A stretch of DNA of 64,000 nucleotides, from positions 1,367,884-1,431,883 of the forward strand of contig MU054001.1 in NCBI GenBank assembly GCA_013239625.1. The letters run 5' to 3'. The position numbers were made by a program, and so were the translations under genes. The DNA is from Lama guanicoe (lineage: Eukaryota). The notes beneath the pieces are model-generated. The model searched no databases. It saw only the letters and a program-made list of their open reading frames with translations, and had not been told where the DNA came from. Positions within the stretch are counted from its first letter, which is position 1; the number at the start of each line of letters is the position of its first letter. Below, piece by piece: positions 1-12,054 of the stretch.

Positions 1-1129
1 TGCTGAGTTATCTTAATTTCAGCCCATAGAGAAGACACATGGATACTCTCTCAGGGGCTCAAAGGTTATCACGTTTCTCCCTCGCGCTCGAGACATGTTT
101 ATAAACACAGAAGGCTATAATAAAACTCACATGAGAGACAAAACTCAACTTCAGCAAGTGTTTACATTCTAATCAGGACAACAAATCACTTCTCACCAGG
201 AGATTCCAACTCAGTCAGCATGAGGATTCTTGTACCTGTGCCAAGAATATCCTGGGCCAGAGAACCTCCTGGTCCCTTCAAGCTAGACAGTGTCTCTGGC
301 CATCAATGCAAGAATAAGAAGGAACAGCATCTAAATAAGGGACACGTCTGAAACCGCTGTCCAGATTCTGCATGGCTCCCAGGTGCCAAAATATATGGGC
401 TCTCGATGTCTTCTGAGTTGTCACATGACTCTCAACCTAGTCAAGTATGGGCAGTCCCAGGGACGATGGTTCCCACCTTCCTGCCACGAAAAGGATGGTG
501 GCCAAAGCTCCTGGGCTCCTGGGGCTGCTTATGTCTGGGAAGGGAGAGAAAAATGTGACCACCCCTAGGAACCCTGGCCTTTCTTAAAGTCTAAGGTGAA
601 TGACGTTTGTAAGATGCTGAAATCAGGAAAGGAACATTACAGAGGGTTTACCTGAGGTTCAACCAGCAGCACCTTGTCCTCTGCTTATCCTCCTCAATTC
701 TCCCATCTGCTCAAAACTGGTTGAGGACTGGACAGCGGCTTCACCACGAGGCTGATCTGGAATGGTTGTACATTTTGGACTTGCCTCTCACAGAGAAGAT
801 TTGACAAGAGCTGTCTTATTATTGCAGAGAACAGTACCCAAATTAATACAATGGAGTTGGCTTGTATTCCAATAATTGGAAGGAATCTGTACAAAGAAAT
901 TGCCAGGCCATTCACGTTCTATTTTACAATATGATCAACAATTCCCAGTTCTTTGTCAAAGGATGGTTAATGAGATTCACAAATTAATTCCCCACAATCA
1001 CTTCAGCCATTTTAATGCCTCTAGCAGCCCTGGCTCATCATGAAACAGACACGTGCTCCCAAGTTCTATCTGCCATAAACACTCAGTGCCTCCAGGATAA
1101 AGCCTGAGCGTCCAGGCATGGCCTACATG

Positions 1130-1760
1130 GGGGTGACAGGAAAGCGGAGCACAGGGCCCAGACTAGCCGGGCAGGTCAAGGGAGTGTTTCCTGAGGAAGC
1201 GACAAATTGAGCTGAGATCTGAAAGCTGATTAGAAACCATCTATATCTATGTTTGGTGAGAGAAGACATTGCAGGAAGAGGAAACAGTGTGTGCAAAGGA
1301 CTCAAAGAAGAAGGGAGCAAGGTGCATTGGATTCGTTGAGAAAATGCCAACCTGGCGAGCGAAGAGGCTGGAGGGAAGGTAAGGTGGGAGAGGAGGCGCT
1401 GAGGATAAGACATTTTCATCTTTACCCTAAGAGCAACCCGAACCCATGAACAGTTTACATAGGAAGGGGCACGATTTGATTTGCACTGGGAAACACTGCC
1501 CGGAGTGCCTTGTAAAGCACACAGGAGACCAGACAGCAGCTGGGGGAGCGATGATGGTGTCCTGGGCCAGCCTGGTAGCAGCAGAGATGTGAACAAGTGG
1601 ATATTTCAGGTGTGAGAAGTTCTCAGATTGGATATGTTGGGTGGGAAGGGGGAAGTCTCAAGGATGATTCCTTGACTTCTTGAGTGAACAGAAGGGGTAC
1701 CATTTCCTGAGTTAGAGAACGCTGGAAGGAGATGAGCTTTGGGGGACAGCCAACCCCACT
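1130..1760 (-). mobile_element. LINE-2 3' remnant
   Basis: Motifs such as ttcctgaggaagcgacaaattgagctgagatctgaa and caaggatgattccttgacttc resemble the reverse complement of the L2 3' consensus; ends approximate. Confidence 0.65.
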
Positions 1761-2197
1761 TTAGCTTGACTATCACATGCATTTCCCGGCCACTACCATT
1801 TTGCATGCCATTCCCTCCATGGGAAATGTCTACCCTCTCCCCATCCCCAGTACCATCTGCCAGAGTTCTCCCCATTCTATAAAGACTCAATTCAGAAGTC
1901 CCTGCTACCCAAGAAACCTTCTGAAATCACTACTAGCCATCCAGATGTACCCACCATCTTCCAAGCTTTCATAGTTTTGTCTGTACCTTTGATCAACATC
2001 CTTGTCCACCTGATTTATGAATTACAAAGGCAGCTGTTCCCCTCCTGAGTCCTCCACAGATTTCAGGAAACACAGCAGGCACTCAGTACATTTATATTGG
2101 TTTAAAGTGAGAGAGCTCTCCTGCTAATTTGCTCGTATGTTCACGTATTCATCCGTTCACCCAAATCTAATTTGGTGAGAGGTCAGATACCTGTTGA

Positions 2198-2385
2198 ACA
2201 GCAGTTCTCAGCCCTGAACACATATCAGAATCACCTGTGAGGCTTTTCCACCCACTGCAACTTGGCACTACCCTGGAATCAACTGGGCGCCACAGGTGAC
2301 ACCAATTAAATTAGTATGCCTGGAGATGGAACTCACGTGATACTTTTTAAAAGTTAATCTTAGATACAGCCGAGATTGAAAGTGA
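2198..2385. mobile_element. MER5A-like hAT-Charlie MITE
   Basis: cagcagttctcagccctgaacacatatcagaatcacctgtgaggctttt resembles the MER5A terminus. Confidence 0.55.
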
Positions 2386-3439
2386 TAGCGTCTGAAATCA
2401 AGTCCCTAGAGACGATGCTGGTGTCTTTAAAAAGTTGCCCGGATGCCTCTCATATACAACTTAACGCTGAATGCCTCGAATGCAAAGAAATCATATTCCA
2501 GACAAGGCTGAAAAGATAAGATTTCTGCAGCTGGTAATAGACACTCACTGAATATCTTTAAACAAGGGAGTTTGTTAAATGGATTGAACTAAGAAGAAGG
2601 GACAGCAGACCATTCCACAAATATCACATACAAAGCACCACTGGCATAAACAGAGGCAACTCGGAGAGAGCCCGTACCCACAAAGCTGCATTTGGTTACT
2701 TACAACCAAAGAATCCTGACAGATTGAGAGGTTTCAGCAAGGAACCCTCCCGTTTCCTGGGCTGGTAAATGTAGGAAATCGTTCTTTCACCATGGAACTG
2801 TCTGCCAAATCAGCTGAACCAGTCCAGGTGGTGAGAGCAGTTACTCTGACATCCTGTGATGTCACTATGCAGTGGAATTGAGTTTTATACGGGAAGTAGG
2901 TGACCCTTTACCCTGCCGAGTCTTAGAGCCCAAAGCTATAGCTGCTGTTGTCAATGGAAAGTGAAGGGGAGGGGGTCTCCCTGGCCCTGGAAACTCGGCA
3001 TGTTGCCCAATTTTCTGTTTAAAGTTACATTCCTGTTGGAGTCTATTCCAGTCTTAGCTTCGGCTGTTGTGTTCCATTATGACGAGCCTCCCTGGCCTCT
3101 CCTACTTACCTTCATTCTTCCCCCACCTTCATTGGCATCATTGGGTCATCACTGGGTCACTGAAACAGTGGCATTGTCTGTTCTGGGCCTTCTTCTGCTT
3201 GGCCACGGAACTGTGAGTTCAGCCCTTCCTCTGCACACACAGTTCCTAGGTAAGAGTACTCCCCACTTTGGGGAGGATTGAGATGATTGTGGAGTGGTAA
3301 GAATTTTATTTAAAGCAAGGATGAAGGGGTTGGAGAGCTTTCCTTTGACCTCTCTGTAAACTTGTGTTGACAGACTCTAATTCTCAGGAGTTGGGTGGGG
3401 GCCCCTCTACCACTCTGGGCCCAGCTGGGTCACATCTCT

Positions 3440-3560
3440 TGCTGTGTTATCTCTTGCTAGGCTGTAAAACTCAGCTCTGTCGCCCACTACTTCTGTGACC
3501 TTAACAAAGTCACTTAACCTCTCTGAGCCTCAGTTTCTTCCTATGCAAAACAGGAACCAC
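3440..3560 (+). mobile_element. MIR core fragment
   Basis: ctgtgaccttaacaaagtcacttaacctctctgagcctcagtttcttc is the MIR core. Confidence 0.7.
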
Positions 3561-3839
3561 TCCTCACTAATCATATCTGAAAAAAGTCAAAAAGTCTCTT
3601 AATGAACTGCACTGGTGAGGACGCGGAGAAAGCAGGCACTGCCTCACATAAACACTACGTGTGAATCCATATACGTGTACATAAATACACACACATATAT
3701 AAACTCTGCCACAGACTCTATCTCTGGAAGGCAATTTGACCATTTCTCTTAAAATTGAAGATGCACATCATCTTTGATCCAACAGTTCTACTCCTAGGTA
3801 TCACCACAGATTTATATGTGAAAATCTTATGTACAGGCA

Positions 3840-4393
3840 TGGAAACAACCTAAATGTCCATTGACAGATGACTGGATAAAGAAATTGTGGTACTACACTA
3901 TAGGAATACTACTCAGCCATAAAAAATGATAAAATAATGCCATTTGCAGCAACATGGATGGCCCTGGAGAATGCCATACTAAGAGAAGTAAGCCAGAAAG
4001 AGAAAGAAAAATACCATATGAGATTGCTCATATGTGGAATCTAAAAAAAAAAAAAGAGAGAGACAGATGAACTTATTTATAAAACAGAAATAGACTCATA
4101 GACATAGAAAACAAACATATGGTTACCAGCGGGAAAGCAGGTGGGAAGGGATAAATTGGGAGTTTGAGATTTGCAGATACTTACTGGTATATATAAAATA
4201 GATAAACAAGTTTATACTGTATAGAACAGGGAACTATATTTGATATCTTGTAGTAGCTTACAGTGAAAAATAATATAAAAACGAATATATGTATATTCAT
4301 GTATGACTGAAGCATTGTGTTGTATACCAGAAATTGACACAACATTGTAAACTGACTATACTTCAATTAAAAAAAAAAGTAAAAAAAAACAAA
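3840..4393 (+). mobile_element. Young 5'-truncated L1 (ORF2 C-terminus, 3'UTR, poly(A))
   Basis: ggaaacaacctaaatgtccattgacagatgactggataaag...atgccatttgcagcaacatggatg...; A-rich tail at about 4368-4397; imperfect TSD aaaatcttatgtacaggca (3821-3839) / aaaaccttatgtagagaca (4394-4412). Confidence 0.9.
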
Positions 4394-4406
4394 AAAACCT
4401 TATGTA

Positions 4407-4876
4407 GAGACAGACCTCATTTTATTGCACTTCATTTTACTGCATTTTGCAGATATTGGTATTTTTTAACAAATTAAAGGTTTGTGCCAATCCTACATCA
4501 AGTATCCAATAGCACTTGCTCACTTTGCGTCTCTGTGGCACATTTTGGTGATTCTCACAATATTTCAAACTTTTCCATTATTATTATGTTTGTTATGGTG
4601 ATATGCGATCTTTGATGTTACTACTGCAAAAATATTATGACTAACCAAGGGTCAGACAATGGTCAGCAGTTTCTAGGATTAAAGTCTTTTTTAAATAAGG
4701 TATGTACATTTTTTAGACCTAATTCTATCGTGCACTTAATAGACTACAGTATAGTGTAAACACAACTTTCACATGTGCTGGGAAACCAAAAAATTTAAGT
4801 GACTAACTTTACTGCGAATCCCATTTTATTGCAGTGGTCTAGAATCGAGCCCATAATATCTCTAAGGTATGCCTAT
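4407..4876 (+). mobile_element. Internally deleted Tigger1-family DNA transposon
   Basis: 5' end acctcattttattgcacttcattttactgc...aaattaaaggtttgtg and 3' end ...aatatctctaaggtatgcctata match the Tigger1 termini. Confidence 0.85.
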
Positions 4877-7800
4877 ATTCGGATATTCATTATAACATTA
4901 TTTGTAAAATCAGAAGACTAAAGACAGTAGGAGACTTGTTAAATAAATTACGAAACCATACAATGAAAACTATGCGGTCGTTTAAATAAATGTACAAATA
5001 TGAAAAGGTCTCTAACATACAGTGTTTACTGAATCAGAAAAACAGCACATATAAATAAGTGTACAGAATATCTCTGGAAAGGCACATAAAGCAATTGCGA
5101 ATAGGGCAAACCTTTGGGGAAGGGAGATGGGTGGCTGGGAGAGTGAGTAAGGGGACATTCTGACCTTGCCCTGTATATGCTTTTATACTTTTTGAATTCT
5201 GCACCATGTGTGTGTGTCAGCGAATAGTCCTGGGAGAGCTGATCTGAAAAACCTAGCTCAGGTCACATGCTCACGAAGGAGCCAGACTAAGGCAATGCAC
5301 CTCCAGCTATAGCCGCTAAAGGAAGCCGGTCCCTCAGAGAACATCCAGAGGCTGTGAAGGAGGAACGGATGCTGGATAAACAGAGACAACTGTCCAGCTC
5401 AACATGAAAGAGCCTAATGTTGATATGCCAGGCCCAAACACAGGGCACAGGAAAGACCCCAGAGAAACATTCATTTTATATTTTGCCTCCAGCATCCAGC
5501 TGAAAGGTGGTGAATACATCAGAGAAAGCACAGTCACTGGGAGACTTAGGGAATAGTGGAAAATACTGAACTGGGAATTGGGAAATTTGGGTTCTCTGTC
5601 CACCAGTATTTGGCTCTGTTGACCCCAGACAAGCATTTGTACCTTCGGGGCCCTTCCTTTGCCAAAAGGAAAAGAATGTGGTGACCACATTTCAACTCTG
5701 ATGTTCCAGGATTGCATGGCAGCTGGAACTCAGCTTGTCGGAGCCTAGCACTATGGGTACCACTGGTACAGTCAATAAATAAGGAGCCCGGGATGAATGC
5801 CCCAGCCTGGACGGACAACGACAAATTTGACCACATCTCCGCTACCAGTTTCGTTGGCATCGTGAGGAATAAAGAGATAACAAAGGAGAAGGCATTCTAA
5901 AAAGCACGAAGTGTATATGTTCTCCAGGGAAGCACCACCTGGGTGTGACTCTCTCATAAGGTTCTCCGGCAACATGAAACAGTAGCCCCATAATATCACG
6001 TCTCCATCTCACTAATAAAGGAGGTAGCCTCGAACAGAATCAAAGCAAAGGCAATCTTGCAGAAGCCCGTGTGTGAAGAACGAACTCAGAGTTATTAATC
6101 ACTCAAGAATTAACACCTTGTGCCTTGGAAGTAATAAAACCAGTCACCAGAGAATGATAACATCACCTAGAGGGAAGAAGCGAGCGTCCAGCAGAAATCT
6201 ATACGTAAAAGTGAGAGAGACCAGGATGCACAGCCACCACTTACATTCCGAGCACTCCCTCAGCCTCGCAAGTGGTGTGACTGACGTGCCAAAGCGCAAC
6301 GGCAAGTCCAGGACGGCGTGGAGGGCACAACCGCTGAGGCGGGGCTGTTAGCCAAAGGATGGGGAGACACGCGTGGGAAAGAAAATGCTCTTTTTCAGTA
6401 GCGGAAATGACAGATTCCCACACCTGCTATCCTGAACCAAACCAAGTAACTCCTGAATGACACTTTGGCTATATTTCAAAGTACTTTAACGCAAGTTCTG
6501 AAGTCCTCAAGGCTGTCACCTTTACAAGAGGCAGTGGAGATGTCACTTCCTCCAAACCACAATTCCAACATCCACAATTCCACAAAAACAAACAAACAGA
6601 AAGAACAAAGACTAGACCTAACTTTCCTAAACACGGAAGAAAATCACAAGTGGTTCACACAAGGGAAGACTTGCCTCTGACCAAAGTCCAAAATTATTAG
6701 GATGCTATTCAATTTTTTGAGAGAAAAAAAAAAAAGACCTTGATCAGAAAATGCTACAACTCACTTCCAATTCTCCTAAAAATGTAGTGCTGCTTGTTGG
6801 CTGCAGTCAGGAGGTAGACAGGTCTTGAGGTTAGTGTAAATGATCCAATCTGGACCTGTTTCCCAAGTGAGATCTCAGCAAGTAGCAAAGTCATAAGGCG
6901 GTTTCGTTTTATTTTCAGTTGTGCCTGTTTAGCACTCGGCTTCCTCTGACTCTGAGAGGAAGCCAGTCACTACGGGGTAAAGGTGCTGCACCTTCCAGAG
7001 AAACGCATCAGAAAAAGGAGGTCCTTGCCAGTCTTCCTCATCTGCTCTCTCCCTCCTGGACTCACCAAAGCACACTCCCTCCGGTCCAAACAAGTTTGTG
7101 AGCAGAATTCCCACTGCCATGTCTCGGCTCCCGCCATCTCTGAACATCCTCCACCCGGCTCAAGCTCTCAAAATCCTTTGTATTCCCGAAGGCCCCCATC
7201 AGAACCCACTTTTCTCCTTTGTTTTTCCTCCCCCTGGATTTCTTACTGCCTTGTGCCTTCTCGACCTGGGAGACCTGAGTCCTCGCTTTCTGTGTAACTT
7301 CACCCCATGGGCACAAAGTGGAGCAGATGAATGAGTAAATGACTGGGACGAAGAAAAAAATTTCTCTTTCACTCTTTGAAAAGCGTTTTCAAATATAGCA
7401 CCACTGTCCAGTTTTCCGAGGTATCTTTCCTAAAAATATCTCAGCATGGAGTATAATAGAGACTAAAATGCAAAAAGGGGAAGATGCTGAATTTTCAGAT
7501 TTAAAAGGTAGAAACTGTGTCTTCACGTGTTGCCCTGTTAATGAGAATATTGGACTGCACTGCCACATTCTTTAGACCACTCAATAAAAAGGCCAGGTCC
7601 TCTAAGAGCTCTTGTTTGCCCTCAAAAATACAATCAAGGCTATTCCAGTCAAGACAGAAAACAACACTGCATAATTAACTGAAATAATTACGGCAGATTC
7701 TTTCTCCCATTAAAGAAAAAAAAATTAAAAGATCCCAGCAGGCCATCCTGTGCTGCATATGCCTGGCTACGTGGACACCATCTATATTTACTCTGGCTTG

Positions 7801-8974
7801 AGATGAGGAGATGGAACACTCCAGAACAACCAGTAAGAAGCCTGGGCATCAGTGGCAAACAAAATTAGCAGAGGAGGAAGGAGGAGCGGGGAGTCTTCAG
7901 CTCCCCAATGGCATTCACCCCAAAATCCTCTGTAAGGCTTAGATCCTCCCCACTTCACCCAAGGAGCCAAGTCAGCCTCATGGACTTGGCAACAGCAGCT
8001 CTGCTGCTTATAAAATTATGTCCAAACTTTCCCCTTTGTTCTAGCAAAAGACTTCCTGTGAGAAAGCAGTAATCCTTTAAAGCTTTCCAGTCCAAAGGTC
8101 TCTCCTGGTTTGTATTCCCTGCATCCCCAGCCCCAGGGGAAAAGCTCATCACATCACAAGGCGTTTCTCGGTTCCAAGCCGTACTGGGTCTCAAGGACTC
8201 CTGGTGAGGAGAGAAAACTGGTCATCTGAACATCCTTTCCTGGGATCTGTCTGAAGTGTAGACAAGCAGCAAAGATGAATATTAATATGCCTTCCATCAT
8301 CAAAAGCGATTGCATACCCAAAGGATGATAAATATTTTAATCAGTTTTCAGCTTGTCTAGCGGAAGTCAGTTTACTCCTCAGAGATTTCCCTGGTTCTGT
8401 GCCCCAAACCTGTCCAGTCCGAGCTGCCTTCCCTCTCAAACTTGGGAAATTAATCATAAACAGTCCAAGCTTTGTTGGGGAACTCATTGAATTTTATGAC
8501 AATTTTACTGTATTAAGTTTTTCAAGAACAGGGAAATCTAAAAACACGAAGGATGCCAACAAATGAGACAAAACCACCATGATCTGAGTTTTAGCAGCAC
8601 TGCTACTCAGAGAAACTTAATAACCTACTTACGTCTCTCATTTGGAAAAAAAAGTTTTCCTATTTGCATAAGTTGTTCACCAGTGATTGCTCCATCTTCT
8701 CAGCGTAAATGCCAAAGGCATAAAACAGGACCCTCTCGCGCATCCTCTGTGCTCTTGACAGTCTTAGGATTTTTAATGAGAAAGATGTTTTAGGGGGTAC
8801 TGCTGGGAGGGTCATGTTTGTTTAAAAAAAAAACTAACCCCAAAATATTCCTGTGAGGCAGGGCCTAAGGTTTGAGGAAAATGCAGAGTTAGAAAGAATA
8901 TGTTGAAGGTCGTGCTGTTTAGCCTGCGTGTGAGGAAACAGCAGGGCTGGAACCCTGACCAAACATGAATTCAT

Positions 8975-10345
8975 TTCTTTAACAAGTGTCGAAGGCCTGA
9001 TACATATCACGCACTGTTCTAGGACCTGGGGCAGGAAGAGTGAGTAAAACAAAGCCCCTGTCCCCATGAGGATTATATAAGTAGAGGCCGACTGGAAACA
9101 CACATGGTATCACGGCAGGAGGGGGAAAGCAGCAGCGGGCAAAGCACAGCAGAGAGAGCTTGGTCATAGAAATGCTCTCCAAAGAGGGACAGGAGCAGAG
9201 AGACCTGAAGGATCTCAGATCTCAGTGAGTGAGCGAGTGAGCCACACAAATAACAGAGGGAAGAATATGGCAGACACAGGCAACGGTAAATGCAAAGGTC
9301 CTGGGGCAGGAGGAAGTCAGGCTCATTCTATAAGGGCAGTAAGGAAATAGAGAAGTTGTGATTTTATATATATTTTTTTTCACACACACAATGAGATACT
9401 ACTCAGCCATAAAAAAGAATAACATAATGCCATTTGCAGCAACATGGATGGCCCTGGAGAATGTCATTCTAAGTCAAGTAAGCGAGAAAGAGAAAGAAAA
9501 ATACCACATAATAACACTTATATGTGGAATCCCCCCCAGAAGACACAAATGAACTCACTTACAAAACAGAAACAGACTCACAGACATAGAAAACAAACTT
9601 AACGGTTACAGGGGGTAAGGGAAAGGGGTGGGGAGGTATAAATTGTGAGCTCAGGATTTGCAGATACTAACTACTATATATAAGATAGATAAACCACAAG
9701 TCTACCATATAGCACAGGGAACTATATTCAATATCTTATAGTAACCTATAATGAAAAAGAATATGAAAATGAATATACGTATGTCTATGTATGACTGAAA
9801 CATGAGGCTGTACATCATGTTTGTGACTAGATGTCAATAAAAATAAATAAATAAATCAAAACACTTAAAAAAAGAATATGTAAGTAACAACAACAACAAA
9901 AAAATAGTTAGAAGGCTAGTGGAGAAGGGGGCAGGGTGGGGGAGACTGTGCTGAGGGGAGGGGGATGCACAAGAGCCCTCGCAAGGAAGCTGGGGTCCTG
10001 AACAGGATGGAGAGTTTGGGCTAGGGGAGAGAAATAACCTGCCATATTTTAAAGGGGCACTGACAGGGGTGAACATGAGTGGTAGAAGCAGGGAGGTTAC
10101 TTCCACTCGCGGCCATGGCTCTTGGACCAGGGTGGGAGCAGAGAGGGTGGGGGAGGGTGGTCAGATCATGAATCTATTTTGAAAACAGAGCTAACTAGAT
10201 TCACTGGTAAGTCCAGAGGCAAAGTAAGAGAACTCAAAGGTTTTGGGTTTGGGCAATGGGAGGGTGCAAATTATTGAACTGTGCAAGACTGGGAGAAAGG
10301 CTGGAGGGAATTGTGGGAATCAAGAGTTTGGTTTGGGATACGTAT
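8975..10345 (-). mobile_element. LINE-2 remnant interrupted by an L1
   Basis: L2-like segments (aacaaagcccctgtccccatgagg; tgcaaaggtcctggggcagga; aatcaagagtttggtttgggatac) on both sides of the L1 at 9385-9900. Confidence 0.6.
9385..9900 (+). mobile_element. Young 5'-truncated L1 3' end
   Basis: Closely similar to the L1 at 3840-4393 (tactactcagccataaaaaag...gcagcaacatggatggccctggagaatg...); A-rich tail. Confidence 0.9.
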
Positions 10346-12035
10346 TACTAGATGGCTGATGAAGGCACGCTACTGTTCAGGTGCCCTAAGATAGGAGACC
10401 CCAGTACCAAGAAAATCGTGATTTGTTACAGGCACTGGTATATCCCACCACTTTTACCCATTAAAAAAATTCATTGTTACCTGCATGAAAAGTTTATGAC
10501 ATTAAATAACATACAACCCTCTGAATCCCCCAACATCTGTTAAAGGAACTCTGATGCATAATTCTGGGCATTTCATAATTGCTCACTTAAATTAATAATA
10601 TTTAAGTCAGAAGGATATATATTATCAAGCTACCACCTGTTCCAGCTCTTTATAACCAAGGCAGGTCTGCCTCAAACACTAGAAATTAATTTTCAACTTT
10701 GCCAGAAGATTCCAAATTTTTATTTGAAGCCTAATTTTGTCAATCAATCAAAAACAAGGTGGAGATTATCTGAGGTTTTTAGACACATCAAGGAAAAATT
10801 TACAAATGAGATTGTCACCGGTGGTTCCAGATGCGTTGAGATCATGTAAGGAAATACAAAAAAAAGTTGATCATAATTTACACGTTAGGGAAAAGACAGT
10901 GCCAAAAATATCATCTACAAATGATCACAGAGACACTTGCAGGAAGACTGAAAACGCAACATATCAGTTTCCTTTGGTTTAGAAAAAAATAAAAAGGTCA
11001 TTCTTTTGCAGATGTCGATGAGAAGGGAGCAGGGTGATGGTTACGTTACCCTTAATGCACGGAAGAGTCAACTTAATGTGTTCCCAGAGCTCACTGATAA
11101 GCCAGGTTTTGGCACTGAGAGCACATTTCTCCATAGAGACATTTTTGCAAAATATGGAAAGATTCCCAGCCCAGCCTCCCAAAGTATTTAGCCCACATTA
11201 AGGGAGAAATATTACCAGCCCTCAGCTCCAAATCACTGTAAGTCCCTTTAGCTCCAGGACTGACCCCAGCCCTAGCGGAAGGGTAATGAGAAAAGCGGAG
11301 GGATGCCGGCATTAAGGGAGACACAGTCAAACAACCTCTAGGTAAGGGGTCCGAGACTGAGGGCTGCTTACACTTCCTTCTGAAATCACGACTGGTGACA
11401 ACTTGCATGTCTATAGTATTTTTATATTTTACAAACTCTCTCATTTAATCATCAAAACACTTTTCTTCAGAAGGTAACAGTTTTAGCGACCAATCAGTAA
11501 CCAACTTGGGGAATAAGATCCTAAGATCTTGATAATGTTCCCAACAACTGGCACACATCCTTTGGAAGTTTTGTTTCCCTTTCAAAACTACAGGTCTGTC
11601 TTTAAAAAAAACAAAAAACAAAAAACCCCACATGATTTCAGTCTTCTAGACTGCGATTCTTCTAGCATATTTCAGATATTTATAATAAGATAAATGACAG
11701 ACTAGAATTGAATTTAATGTCCCCCCCACCAAAAAAACCCAGAGGAAATAAATAAAGCATATCTTTGTTTTATGCTATATCTTTTCGAGGAAAAATGGAA
11801 ATTCCTACCACCCCAATCTGGCAGGAAGGTTTCTGAATTCACATCTGAAATGCTAAGATGGTCTGCTCGTCAAAGCAATCCAAAATAAATTCCAGCAGCC
11901 AAGGCTGCAATAGCTCCCCAGGGAAAACTGGTGGGCTCTTCACACCTTTACATCAATCTGAATTCCAGTGTAGTTAAAATTACATAAAACAATAGAATTT
12001 GTCCATTTAAAAAAAATGTGGAATGTGTGTGAAAT

Positions 12036-12054
12036 GTGTGTGTGTGTGTGTGTG
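12036..12054. repeat. (TG)n microsatellite
   Basis: Direct reading. Confidence 0.9.

Noticed and set aside
2820..3310. Possible old LTR and overlapping 106-aa ORF
   Set aside because: I could not assign termini or a family, and the ORF has no recognisable similarity.
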